A stretch of 64,000 nt of DNA from Eledone cirrhosa (GCA_964016885.1 OZ024747.1:57226001-57290000), one strand, 5' to 3'; shown: positions 25,758-39,383, counted from the stretch's first letter. Numbers and translations: made by a program. The notes: generated by a model not told the origin, from the letters alone.

Positions 25758-25792
25758 CTTCTGATGAAGGACTAGTGTCCGAAACATTAAAG
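25758..25792 (+). ncRNA. Minimal PLE-type hammerhead ribozyme
   Basis: CTT-CTGATGA-A-GGAC TAGT GTCC-GAAA-CAT-TA-AAG; degenerate relatives at 25435, 10537 and 8860 (-). Confidence 0.7.
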
Positions 25793-26084
25793 CTCTGTTT
25801 ACTGCTATTTCAAGCATTAAACTAATATATTTCTTCCATGTACTTTTGTGCTGTTTGTTTTGTGATTTTTTTTATTTCTGTTTACCTTCTATATATATAT
25901 ATATATCAGAATCACAGGATATATTCAGGGTCCTATGGGAATTTATTTTATTATTGCACACTTGAATATACACTGATCCAATTAAAAATCTAGTTCCTGC
26001 ATATTTATGTGTAACAATCTAACAGTCTCTATACCTCCCTCTATCTACCTCTCAGTCACAACATTTTGTTCTCTTTCTTACAGA

Positions 26085-26560
26085 CTTTGGCCTCATCACA
26101 GTTAAAATTCTGATAAGCTTGCAATCAGGACACAATATTGATTACAACAGGTTCATGGTCATCAAAAATTGATAGCTTTAACATATCAAAAATGTTGAAA
26201 ATTATTCGTTTTGACAAGTCCATTGTCATGTAAATGAAGAAACCTTAGAATGCTAGGTGTCTGGCAAGTTGAATATTCTCTGATATGACAATAATCAAGT
26301 TTATTATAAATTCTGATAAATCTGTTATCATCAAAAACCGAGAATTTTTGACATTACCAAAATGACAAAAATCTTGTATTCTGACAGCTTCAAGATTATC
26401 GGATTATGAAATTATTCACAGATCTGGGATCATCAAAGTAGGAAAACCTGACATTACTTGGATAAGAAAATTATTGAATATGGCAGGTGTGCATTTATTA
26501 AAAATTTTAAATGTTGCCACATCAAAGATATGTGAAGATGTTAACTCTAACCAATGTGAG
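26085..26560. repeat. Old degenerate minisatellite (CATCAAAA..TGA units)
   Basis: Recurrent atcaaaa / ttctga / tgaca motifs. Confidence 0.45.
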
Positions 26561-27529
26561 GTCACTTAACTCTTTTGTTAACACATTTCTAATGAAAGAC
26601 AATGCCTTTGCAGTTTTGTCTGCATGGTGCAGCCCAAACACTACCCCGCTCTAACAATAGAGCCTATTACTCTCTCCTCTTCCCCCACCCCTTCTTTTGT
26701 GGCCTAATAGTCATTACTTTTTCCATCCTTCTTCTCTCATTTATGGCATTTGTAGTCCTTTCCTCTACTTTCCTATACAGCCAGATCTGCACTTCTTTAC
26801 CCTTCCTCCCTCTGTTAATTGCTTCATTTTGTTTTTATCTTTTCTTTTTCAATATTTCCATCATTGTAAACCTCCTTTTTGTAAAATATAGTTGACATAA
26901 TATCAGATTTGGACATATATGTGAAAGAGACTGGAAGCCAAAAAAAAAAAAAAAAATTGAAAATAATCGAGAATTTTCTTGATAGAATGCATAGCTCAGA
27001 GACCAGGGAGTCATTTGAGGTAAAGCCACTACTTCTCTGATTTGAGAGATCACAGCTCTGATACTACAAACATGTGGTCAGATTGCACATAGAAAGAATC
27101 ACTGAACAGATTTTTATGGTTGTATGATAGGAGTGATGGGGGTTAAGAGAGGTGATGTGTGGGAGTGAGGGAGTATGAAAGCATGTAGTGGGTGTTAGAA
27201 GATACCTTTCCCTCTCATTTGTACCTGCCCCAGAAGCCCTGAAAACCGCCATGGGTACAGCCCTTCCCTCCCTTATTAATTAATAAAAACAAGCAGTAAA
27301 AAACAAATTAACCTATCTTCTCCTCTAACTTATTTATAAATATAAATAACCAACGTTTACTATTTTATGATATGTGAAGAGATGTTGGAATCACTAATGT
27401 GGACTTAAAAACATCTTTGGGGTGTTGAGAAATAAGATACCTTTACATACAACTTTTTACATTCTGAAGTTTAAATTCTGTTGAGGTCCAATTTTCCTAT
27501 CATCCTTCCAGGATCAGGTGAGATTAACA

Positions 27530-28070
27530 ATAGCACAGTGATGCTAGGACAGTGCTGGAGGGACAGTGCTGCTGGTGAGACAGTGATATTGGGATAGTGA
27601 TGGTAGGACAGTACTGCTGGGACAATTGATGGTGGGACAATAATGTTGGGACACTACTACTGAGACAGTGATGGTGGAACATTTATGATGAGACAATGAT
27701 GTTGGGACAGTGATGGTGAAACACTGCTGCTGAGACAGTGATGGTGGGACAGTTATGATGAGACAGTGATGTTGGGACAGTGATGGTGAGACACTGCTGC
27801 TGAGACAGTGATGGTGGGACAGTTATGATGAGACAGTGATGTTGGGACAGTGATGGTGAGACACTGCTGCTGCTGAGACAGTGATGTTGGGACAGTGATG
27901 GTGAGACACTGCTGCTGAGACAGTGATGGTGGGACAGTTATGATGAGACAGTGATGTTGGAAGAGTGATGGTGGGACAGTAATACTGGGACAGTGATACT
28001 GGGACAGTGATTTGGGACAGTGGTGCTGGTACAGTGATTGTGGGACAATAATACTGAGACACTGCTGCTG
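27530..28070. repeat. Minisatellite, about 14-bp unit GGGACAGTGATGGT with higher-order repeats
   Basis: Direct inspection. Confidence 0.9.
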
Positions 28071-28338
28071 ACAAATTAATCCACATCCAAAGAAATATCA
28101 CATGGCTAATAAAGGTAAAGTCATTTATGGTTACATTCTAGCTTCTGTCAGATTTAACCGTCTTGAATTGATGCAGCTGGATCCCCAAGTAAGACCAGCC
28201 AAGCTCATGGGTGTTATCCAACCATCTTGCTTGGCATCTACCCCAAGATCTCCTGCCGGCTGGTTTTTGCCCATAAAATCTGTCCAACAATTCTTTCCTG
28301 AGACATTCTAACACATGTCCATAATATCAAAACTTTGG

Positions 28339-28526
28339 TACGCTCTCATCCGATAAAATACAAAATTTGTTTAATAAATAGTGACATACCCAGGAATCAA
28401 ACCTTAACGGTTCAAGTTCCGTTTGGATTATTAATATCAATGATATTAATACTGAAAACCTGTCGAGTGCTTTGAATCTGTTATAAATATATTTGTTGAA
28501 TTACCAACAAATTAAATATCGCTTTG

Positions 28527-28529
<3 letters not shown>
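28339..28529. mobile_element. pLTR-like mini-element (inverted HHR 5' half plus tail)
   Basis: 28339-28430 homologous to 13057-13148; GAGTGCT at 28465; ends in (TA)n. Confidence 0.6.
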
Positions 28530-28562
<33 letters not shown>

Positions 28563-29048
28563 TGTGTGTGTGTGTGTGTGTGTGTATATATTCCTATCTT
28601 TTTATTTCAATTAAATGTAGGGTCTAGTTAATTCCACTAGAAGCCTTAGTGATGATGTAACAGCAACACCCATGTGTATGGAGAGGACATTCAAACTGTA
28701 ATTGTCACATTCAAAATAATGATTGCTTCTGTAAACCAGCAGGACTATTGCTTCTCTTAATGTTTCCTTTCTTTCTATCTTTCTAGCTTTCCCTTTGTTG
28801 TTGTTGTCACTGTTGCAGTAGTAGCTGTTGTTGATATTGTAGTTGTTGTTATAGTAGTTGTTGTCATTGTCTCCTTTATTGTTATGTGTGTGTATATAAT
28901 GATAATAATAATAATAATAATAATAATTGTTTCTACTTTTGACACAAGGCCAGCAAATTATCCCAGTACATTACTGGTACTTTATTTTATCAACCCCGTA
29001 AGGATGAAAGGCAAAGTTAACCTCGGCGGGATTTGAACTCAGAATAGC

Positions 29049-29082
<34 letters not shown>

Positions 29083-29676
29083 TTTATTGTTTCTACTTTT
29101 GGCACAATGCCAGCAATTACTCAGTGTATTACTGGTACTTTATTTTATCGACCCCGTAAGGATGAAAGGCAAAGTTAAACTCGGCGGGATTTGAACTCAG
29201 AATGGCAAGGGCTGTAACTCTATGCATCAAAGCATGGCATCCGACCCTCTACCGATACTGCCAATAATAATAATAATAATAAATAAGGAACAAAGAACCA
29301 GTGTTGCATCATATACATATTTAATTACATATTACATATGTTTCACTGCCGATCAGCTCGAGGATGATCAAATTATGTTACTTCCTGATGCTGGAATTGG
29401 AAGTTGCTCAGATATGTGTTCTCACATGTAGAGAGATGTCCAAAATTAGTATATCTACATGTGAAAACACATATCTGAGGAGCTTCCGATTACAGAGTTA
29501 GGAAGGAACATAATTCGATCATCCTTGAGCTGATCGGCAGTGAAACATATGTAATTAAATATATATATGATGCAATACTGATTCTTTGTTCGCGATTTAT
29601 TATTATTGATACTCTGCTCCCCAATAGTATTGAGTGCTCATCTTGGCAATCCAATTGCACCTCTACTACTTATATA

Positions 29677-29715
<39 letters not shown>

Positions 29716-30172
29716 TCCTATCTTTTTATTTCAATTAAATGTAGGGTCTAGTTAATTCCACTAGAAGCCTTAGTGATGATGTAACAGCAACACCCATGTG
29801 TATGGAGAGGACATTCAAACTGTAATTGTCACATTCAAAATAATGATTGCTTCTGTAAACCAGCAGGACTATTGCTTCTCTTAATGTTTCCTTTCTTTCT
29901 ATCTTTCTAGCTTTCCCTTTGTTGTTGTTGTCACTGTTGCAGTAGTAGCTGTTGTTGATATTGTAGTTGTTGTTATAGTAGTTGTTGTCATTGTCTCCTT
30001 TATTGTTATGTGTGTGTATATAATGATAATAATAATAATAATAATAATAATTGTTTCTACTTTTGACACAAGGCCAGCAAATTATCCCAGTACATTACTG
30101 GTACTTTATTTTATCAACCCCGTAAGGATGAAAGGCAAAGTTAACCTCGGCGGGATTTGAACTCAGAATAGC

Positions 30173-30206
<34 letters not shown>

Positions 30207-30800
30207 TTTATTGTTTCTACTTTTGGCACAATGCCAGCAATTACTCAGTGTATTACTGGTACTTTATTTTATCGACCCCGTAAGGATGAAAGGCAAAGTT
30301 AAACTCGGCGGGATTTGAACTCAGAATGGCAAGGGCTGTAACTCTATGCATCAAAGCATGGCATCCGACCCTCTACCGATACTGCCAATAATAATAATAA
30401 TAATAAATAAGGAACAAAGAACCAGTGTTGCATCATATACATATTTAATTACATATTACATATGTTTCACTGCCGATCAGCTCGAGGATGATCAAATTAT
30501 GTTACTTCCTGATGCTGGAATTGGAAGTTGCTCAGATATGTGTTCTCACATGTAGAGAGATGTCCAAAATTAGTATATCTACATGTGAAAACACATATCT
30601 GAGGAGCTTCCGATTACAGAGTTAGGAAGGAACATAATTCGATCATCCTTGAGCTGATCGGCAGTGAAACATATGTAATTAAATATATATATGATGCAAT
30701 ACTGATTCTTTGTTCGCGATTTATTATTATTGATACTCTGCTCCCCAATAGTATTGAGTGCTCATCTTGGCAATCCAATTGCACCTCTACTACTTATATA

Positions 30801-30838
<38 letters not shown>
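28563..30838. repeat. 1124-bp tandem duplication with breakpoints in (GT)n; each unit holds two SINE A copies and a fold-back HHR element
   Basis: 28591 matches 29715; identical ORF-track peptides at 29222 and 30346. Confidence 0.95.
29469..29556 (+). ncRNA. Hammerhead motif with 60-nt branched stem II; copies at +1124 and inverted in 30908-31293
   Basis: ACATAT-CTGAGGA-GCT..AGT-GAAA-CATATG-TA; the opposite arm retains stem I partner ATATGT. Confidence 0.65.
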
Positions 30839-30887
<49 letters not shown>

Positions 30888-31293
30888 ACACACATACATA
30901 CATATGTAAGTAGTAGAGGTGCAATTGGATTGCCAAGATGAGCACTCAATACTATTGGGGAGCAGAGTATCAATAATAATAAATCGCGAACAAAGAATCA
31001 GTATTGCATCATATATATATTTAATTACATATGTTTCACTGCCGATCAGCTCAAGGATGATCGAATTATGTTCCTTCCTAACTCTGTAATCGGAAGCTCC
31101 TCAGATATGTGTTTTCACATGTAGATATACTGATTTTGGACATCTCTCTACATGTGAGAACACATATCTGAGCAACTTCCAATTCCAGCATCAGGAAGTA
31201 ACATAATTTGATCATCCTCGAGCTGATCGGCAGTGAAACATATGTAATAATGTAATATGTAATTAAATATGTATATGATGCAACACTGGTTCT
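30418..31293. repeat. About 875-bp palindrome centred on (GT)n(TA)n(CA)n
   Basis: 30908-31293 is the reverse complement of 30418-30795 with one substitution and one small indel seen. Confidence 0.92.
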
Positions 31294-31294
31294 A

Positions 31295-31634
<340 letters not shown>

Positions 31635-33095
31635 ATATATATATTTATATGAAGGCATGTGGCTGAGTAGTTAGAGAATTGGATTTGCAATCGTTAGGTT
31701 GTGAGTTCAATTCCAGAACCGGGCAATGTGTTATGTCCTTGAGCAAGACACTTTATTTCCCATTGCTCCTTCTACCTGGAGTTACGACCGATAGATATTA
31801 TTACCAATTGGAAAGACCAATGGAAACATTGTTTCTTCGGTCCGATTTGACGAAAGTCGATCGTTCCTAAATATATATATATATATATATATAAGATAAT
31901 ATATATATATATGTATGTATGTGTATATATATATATATATATATACATACATATATATATATATGTGTGTGTGTATACATATATATGTAAACTATCCATC
32001 TCAATTTTACCTTTGAAAATCATAAGAACTGTGAAACGTAAAGTAAATAATAAATACTCCTAAAGGACTCCAGTTACATTTTCAATTTCTTTTCTGTATA
32101 CTTTCATCTATGTGGGACATCTTTTTAAAAAAACTCATTTTCTTATATAATAATGATAACAATAAAAACTACTGTGTACAGTGCAGCTACACAAGGTTCA
32201 ATTTAATAGACTTTCCCTCCCCTTCAAATTGCTGGCCTTGTGCCTAAAGTAGAAACAAACAATTATTATAGTTTTTGTTTGTGGTGATGTTGTCCTGGTT
32301 TTTGTTGTAGTAGCAATAGTAGTAAGTGAAGACATGAGGCTTCATGGTAAGGGTATTTGGTTTACAAATGGTGGCGCGTTGTGTTCTTGAGCAAGACACT
32401 TTATTTCACGTTGATCCAATCCAGTCCCACTCAGCTGGCAAAAATGAGTTGTAACTGTAGTTCAAATGGCCAGCCTTGTTCAATTCTGTGTCACTCTGAA
32501 TCTCCCTGAGAACTATGTTAAGGGTATGCATGTCTGTGGAATGCTCAGCCACCTTGTACATTGTCATTGTAACTGTTGGACTGCCTTAGTAATAGCAGTA
32601 GTAGTTATTTTTGTTGGTATTGTTGTAATAGTAGTAGTAGAAGTCGTTGTTATAGTTGTAGTTGGTGCTATTGTAATAATGAAAATATTGTGTACAGTGC
32701 TCAGGTGCACTACAACTCATCAAAAAGTGTATGTATAGTACATAGGATAATGTACAAACGTCAGGAAAATTGTACTTATAGTTATTTGCCTTTGTTGTTG
32801 TTGCATTGATTTATGTGATATTTATTGTTGCTTATGTTGAGCAAATTTGGAGAATATCCTTTTTTAATATTTTGTTTGTTTGTTGTTGCTGCTGCTGGTA
32901 TTGTTGTTGTTGCTGCTGCTGTTGTTATTGCTGCTGCTGTTGTTGTAGTTGCTGTTACTGTTGTTATTGCTGCTGTTGTTGTTGTAGTTGCTGTTGTTGC
33001 TGTTGTTTAAAAAATGAGAAATGATTTATTTTATAATGAGAGTATATTGGAAAATAATTTCCATGGTTTTCATTTCTATGGATTGGATACATGTT

Positions 33096-33137
<42 letters not shown>

Positions 33138-33355
33138 AACGAATTCTATATATATATATATAGGTCAATATTTATTTATGCTTATATGTAAATGTAATAT
33201 GTAACAAAAAGGTTTCTTTTATTGAGAACAATATAATATACAAATATTTATATGTATATATATATATATATGTGTGTGTGTATTCTTTTTTTGTGCGTGT
33301 GTGTATGTCTGCGTTTATTAATGTGCATGTATATATAATATTTACACACGCACAC

Positions 33356-33412
<57 letters not shown>

Positions 33413-33516
33413 TCATAATCATCATCGTTTAATGTCCATTTTCCATGCTAGTATCAGGTTATACTATATAAATGTATATATATATATATACACACACATA
33501 CACACACACACAATTT

Positions 33517-33572
<56 letters not shown>

Positions 33573-34239
33573 CACACACAATAGCACACACACCACAATA
33601 CAAAAGACCCCATAAATCAGTGCTATATATTAGAATATTACAATATTAAAATAATACATGCAAAGATTCTCAATAGAACCAGTATGATCTTAACTGACAT
33701 ATGATAGACAAGTTTAAATAGTTTGGCTTTATATAAAATCCTTCAAATGAAGAATATTCTAGAATAATTCCAAGAAAAGCTTTTCTAGTTTATATTTATG
33801 TATTTATTTCCATTTTGTATATTTAATTATTTATTATTTTTCATTTTTTGTCTTTCAAAGAATTGTATTTCTAAGTTAAGAATTTTGGTGTAGTTTTTTT
33901 TATTATTTTCATAGGAAAGGTTTTTTGTTTATTTATTTGTTGTTGTTATTTATTCTTATACCTCAAAATATTGTTATTTGTGTTGTTGTTGTTAGTGGTT
34001 GTGGTTGTGGTTGTGGTTGTGGTTGGTTGTATAAGGCTGGTTATGGTGGTGTTGTTGTTCAACAAGAGTAGAAAAGGAAAGGCTATATAAGTATTAATGT
34101 GTGGTAAATAAATATATACATATACACCAGGTCCAAACACAAAGGAATCAAACTCCCACTGTCACTGCCTCTGTCTCTCCCACTCTCTCCATCTCTCACT
34201 ATTATAAGAAAATGAGGGCCCATGCTCTGGCTGCCCTGC

Positions 34240-34400
34240 AGCCCCGGCAGACAGAATAGAGAAGGCGTTTCTGCAGAGGATGGTAAGGAGATGCATTGGA
34301 AGAACCATTCCAGCACATGAGGCTCACACCTGCAGGTAGCCAACTCTGTACCGACGGTGGTGAGTAGGGCCAACGACACCAGAAGTCTCCACTGCTACAT
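34240..34400 (-). pseudogene. CRE-like non-LTR retrotransposon restriction-like endonuclease C-terminal fragment
   Basis: AVETSGVVGP..CEPHVLEWFFQCISL/TILCRNAFSILSA resembles ExxG..LFQRISLAIxRGNA. Confidence 0.65.
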
Positions 34401-34710
34401 GAAATAACCATGAAATAAAGTGTTTTGCTCAAGGACACAATGCACTGCCTGTCTGGGAATTGAACTCATGATCCTGTGATCAGGAACCTAATAACCTAAC
34501 CACTAAGCCACATAGAGAAATACATTATCACAAATGATGAAATTAACTGCAAGATTTCTTATCTGAAAACATGTTTGAAACAGATACTATTATATTTTGG
34601 GAGGTCATACTGCCAATAAAAACATACAGCCATTGACTTTCTCTTCAATTTATTATAAACTTATAATTGGTTAGTTTAATAACCAAATGGTTGTTTATGT
34701 GTTTACTATC

Positions 34711-34753
34711 ATCAAAGTTCTTTCATTACACATTCTTTGAGCTCCTCAGTGAC
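34711..34753 (-). ncRNA. Hammerhead motif with decayed stem II
   Basis: Reverse strand GTCA-CTGAGGA-GCTCAAAGAATGTGTAAT-GAAA-GAAC-TT-TGAT. Confidence 0.55.
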
Positions 34754-35296
34754 TAATTTCTTATTTTGTGCCTTTCCTTTGTTCTGTCCTGCACCATCTT
34801 GTTTTTGTAAGCTATGTGCTGTGTACTTGGGATGTGCATGGGTTTTCCTTTATTTATTTATACGTTTATTTACTTGTCACTAGTTGGCTGCTTGTTCTAT
34901 CTCTGTGTCTGGTTTGTTTTATTAGTTTAGTTCTTCTGTGTCTCCGTATATCTTTGTCTAATATTTTTATAAAACTTATTACTTTTTTGTGTTGGTTGTG
35001 TGTGTCTGACCATCATTAAGTTTTATCTATTTATTAATGAAAAATCTATATTTAATTCCAAAAAGAAGAAATTGGAACATTATTCTCTGAATGTTCCTTA
35101 TACTCTGAAGAAGTGAATTTTAACTCCCAAAATATTAGGACAAAAGAAACAACTGCAACAACAAAATAAAAATAACAAAAACAAAACAAAGATTATCAGG
35201 TAACTAACTTTTTCGTTACCTTCATCTTACCATCCATTTTACATTATTTAGCTTTATTACATATATCACTTTCCATTTTATATATATAACAATAAT

Positions 35297-35485
35297 AATT
35301 GTTTCTACTTTTGGCACAAGGCCAGCAATTATTCCAGTGTATTACCGGTACTTTATTTTATTGACCCTGTAAGGATGAAAGGCAAAGTTAACCTCGCCGG
35401 GATTTGAACTCAGATCATAAAGGGCCGTAACTCTATGCGGCAACGAACGGCGTCTGACCCTCTACCAATACTGCCAATCCACCGC
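35297..35485 (-). mobile_element. SINE family A, full length
   Basis: Reverse complement of 18490-18680. Confidence 0.9.
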
Positions 35486-35494
35486 TAATGAAAT

Positions 35495-35815
35495 ATCGTA
35501 TACAGTGCTCAGGTGCACTACAACTCATCAAAGGTACATGTATAGTACATAGAATAATGTACAAATGTCAGGAAAGTAAAGAGTGTAGGAGTCATAATAT
35601 ACACACAGATACATGCATGCATGTGTACGGAGGTGGAATATCAGGTGTAGTATTGGCAAATTTCGGGAAGCATGGAGATTTTGAAAGATGCAGTGTGCCA
35701 ACAGCTAACAACCTATGCAGGTAGTTTGTTCCATGTTTCAGCAACTCTGAATTATGAAAAAATGTTTCCAAATGTCATGGGGGCTGTGCTGTTTTCTGAT
35801 TTTATAGGCATGCCC
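35495..35815 (-). pseudogene. CR1/L2-group LINE 3' fragment
   Basis: Homologous to 9340-9670. Confidence 0.8.
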
Positions 35816-36138
35816 ATACAACATTTAAGCAAACTACAACATTTTATTTATTTATTAATGTTTTAGTTATTTCTTTAATAAAACCTAACAGTGTGATTCT
35901 AAACTAACATGATTTTAAGAGACATTTAAAATATTTAAAAATGAAAATATATTCTTTATTCCTTAACCCTTTTATTGCCTAAATTCTGAAGGTTTTGTCA
36001 TCTTGATATTGGGTTCCTGTATCAAATTACCCATAAAGACATATACACATATGCAGCACACTTGTACACACCTTCACACACACATACACAGAGTAGTTTA
36101 TTTCCTAGGCAATGCTGGATAGCCATACATATATATCT

Positions 36139-36463
36139 ATCATTTCATTTCATTTTACATCCACTTTTCCCTGCTTGCAAGGGTGGGACGGGAACTGATT
36201 CTGGCTTGATTTCTACAGCTGGATGCCCTTCCTAACACCAACCTCATTTACATTTGCTTTTTTGCCATGGCACCTCCACGACCACTTTGCAGTGGAATTA
36301 TAGGGACCACAGTCCCTAACATCTCATTTCTACAGCTGAGTAAACTGGAGCAATGTGAAATAAAGTGTCTTGCTCAAGGACACAACACATCACCCGGTCT
36401 GAGAATTGAACTCACAACCTTTTGATTGCAAGGCCAATGCTCTAACCACTAAGCCATGTGCCT

Positions 36464-36468
<5 letters not shown>
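36139..36468 (-). mobile_element. SINE family B
   Basis: Reverse complement of 58962-59295. Confidence 0.9.
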
Positions 36469-36515
<47 letters not shown>

Positions 36516-36929
36516 ATGCATGTGTGTATGTATGTGTATGCATATATATATGTGCATGTGTATTAGTGTGTATGCATGTATACAGTGTGAAAAATGACAG
36601 CCTATAAATTTCTGTCATATTGTCCACTATATTATGTGAAGATATCTATTGTAATATATGTCTACGAAATGACCACTGTTAAATGTGGTCAGTTACACTG
36701 GTCTTATGGTCAATTTATTAGATTATAGAGTTCTTTGCTAGGTGTTGTGGTCAGTTGTCCATCAATAAATCATAAACAGTGTTATAAAGTAAGAAAAAAT
36801 ATGATGCGAGACAAGATTTGATTGTAATTATGAAAGCACAACAATCTGTGAATCAAAGAAGTGGAATAATGAGGTTATACTATCAATCTCTCTTTTCTTT
36901 TCCTTCTGTGTCTCTCCCCCTCCTTTCTT

Positions 36930-37025
<96 letters not shown>

Positions 37026-37215
37026 GGTATATATATATTAATATATATAAAGATATATATATAAATATATATATATATAAGTTAAAACAATGAAATAAAA
37101 AATCAAGTCATTATATATGCCAAGGTTGACTTTGCCTTTCATCCTTACGGGGTCGATAAAATAAAGTACCAGTAATGCACTGGTTAGTTGCTGGCCTTGT
37201 GCCAAAAGTAGAAAC

Positions 37216-37269
<54 letters not shown>

Positions 37270-37346
37270 GTCTGTGCGTGTATATATGTAGCAGTAATTT
37301 GAACTCTTGTGCTGTCAGCAAGTAGGTCAGTGTCACATATACTGAC

Positions 37347-37476
37347 CTCTAAGAAACACGATGTTCATTTTTCTTTTCTTTCTAGTTGCCATCAGTTTGT
37401 CTGGAGAAAGCATCCCACTAGAGTTATTTACAGTTCATCAAAGATAACATTTTCTTCAAGCCTTTCTGCTCTTGTC
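37347..37476 (-). other. Candidate spliced host exon (130 nt), possibly containing a start codon
   Basis: Acceptor TTTCTTTTACAG, donor AG|GTCAGT, non-repetitive surroundings; ATG at 37413 gives MLSPDKLMATRKKRKMNIVFLR. Confidence 0.3.
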
Positions 37477-38019
37477 CTGTAAAAGAAACATATTGCATAG
37501 AGTTGCTCCAGCAAGCAGAGGGATGTAGCACTTAATCAAAAATCACCAGCCCTTTCAACAGGGTTGGCACCTCAATAACGGTTAGCCCAATGCATCTTGT
37601 CAAACTACTGCTGCAGTCACTTAAGCCAACCATACAAACATAATGCATAATTCACTTGTTTCCTTGTAATTTTCCTGTGTTATCAAAATAACTTTGTTAG
37701 TTATTTCTTAATAAAAATTGTTATGGTAACAATATTTGTTATTGTTCACCAGTTATTGTTTATGGTAGCTTTACTTTTAACTTTCAACTACTGACAATAG
37801 CAATAAATACAGACACATATCTCAACTCACTGAGACACACGCACTCAGTTCATTTGCCATAAGCCAAAGACATTCCCACAGTGTTTACATGGGATAGAAC
37901 AATTCACGGAATCACCCATCAAGCCAACAATATTACTACTACAACATCTGTCACACCAAAGTGAACAACAATACCAAATCTTCACATGCTACAACCAAAT
38001 AATTTCCATCGTGTATATA

Positions 38020-38385
38020 TGGGGTTCCTCTGAAGGATATCTGGAGTATTGTTACTTGATAGATTGCATAGCTCGGTGATCAGAGTCACGTCAGGTAGAA
38101 ACACTACTTCTCCGAATTGAGAGATCATAGCTCCAATACTATGGGCATGTAGTTAGAATTTCTCTGGAAAGAATCACTGGATAGATTTCATGGGCAGAAC
38201 TAACTGGCAGGAAACCCAGGGGTAGACCCCAAGCAAGATGGTTGGATAACATCCATGAACTTGGCTGGTCAGGCATGGGGATCCAGCCAGATCAGTTAGA
38301 GATGGTTGCTTCTGACAGGACCCACTGGAAGGAATGTTTGAGTACTCTGCCCCCACGACCCTCTTAGGAATTAATGGGAAGACGA
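38020..38385 (+). pseudogene. RTE LINE 3' fragment
   Basis: RIERS*LQYYGHVVRI..KPRGRPQARWLDNIH. Confidence 0.8.
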
Positions 38386-38405
38386 CATATATATATATGT
38401 ATATA

Positions 38406-38471
<66 letters not shown>

Positions 38472-38472
<1 letters not shown>

Positions 38473-38662
38473 GTAGGTCCCGGGTTGAGTCGGGGATAAC
38501 CACAGTAAGTAAGGTACTCAATACATGGCAGAGTAAAATTTTTTTATATTTTATAGAAGGAGCTTCTCCAGGACTAGTACTGTTTCATTCAGATGAAATA
38601 TTCCTGAAGATTTCATCTGAATGAAACAGTACTAGTCCTGTAGAAGCTCCTTCTATAAAATA
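38472..38662. mobile_element. Fold-back HHR-like mini-element in (TA)n; uninverted homolog at 39682-39810
   Basis: Arms 38547-38599 and 38610-38662; CTGAAGA(38604)..GAAA-CAGTACTAG-TC; tail ACTC..GAGTACC on minus strand. Confidence 0.75.
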
Positions 38663-38875
38663 TTTTTAAAAAAAATATATATATATATATATACACACAG
38701 TTCAAGAGTAACCAATCTTAAAGATAGAGATGGAGATAGGAGAGGAGATATGAGAGGAGAGATTGGTGAATTAGTTAGAAGCCAAAGCATAAAGGCATGT
38801 GCTCAATGTGCAATATGCAGTAAAAAGCAGCTAGGTGGCTGGGTTCATGCAGAAGTTATGTGCGCAGAGCTGGAA

Positions 38876-39274
38876 ATTAGTTAAGAAAAACAAGACCACA
38901 AATTTCACAAGGAAGACATTATTAAAAGATTGTCAACATATTTTAGTTTGATGTAAGGAATGTAGAGAATAATAATAATAATAATATTAATGATAATAAT
39001 GTCCGTTTACAATTTATATTCCTTTGAAGTTCCGATGAGCCGCTCTGTCTTTTAAATATGTTAATTATTTTCAACTGAACCAGATCAATTATGATATATA
39101 GTCATCTGATCCAGAAATATTATATGGAGTAGCGAAACAATTGTAAACGGACATTATTATTATTAATATTATTATTATTATTATTATTCTCTACATTCCT
39201 TACATCAAACTAAAATATGTTGACAATCTTTGAATTTCCTTGTGAAATTTGTGGTCTTGTTTTGCTTAACTAAT
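38876..39274. repeat. Inverted repeat (about 136-bp arms) enclosing a hammerhead core
   Basis: 38876-39014 versus 39139-39274. Confidence 0.9.
39029..39148 (+). ncRNA. Hammerhead motif, CCGATGA core, 95-nt stem II
   Basis: GTT-CCGATGA-GCCGCTCTGT..ATGGAGTAGC-GAAA-CAATTG-TA-AAC. Confidence 0.6.
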
Positions 39275-39275
39275 G

Positions 39276-39383
<108 letters not shown>

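Noticed and set aside
27530-28070. Regularly spaced repeats as a possible CRISPR array
   Set aside because: Contiguous minisatellite without unique spacers; eukaryotic context and no cas genes.
35105-35140. CTGAAGA-type motifs here and at 40699, 13337 (-) and 13704 (CAGAAGA)
   Set aside because: Core or stems too degenerate to distinguish from chance; not counted as HHRs.
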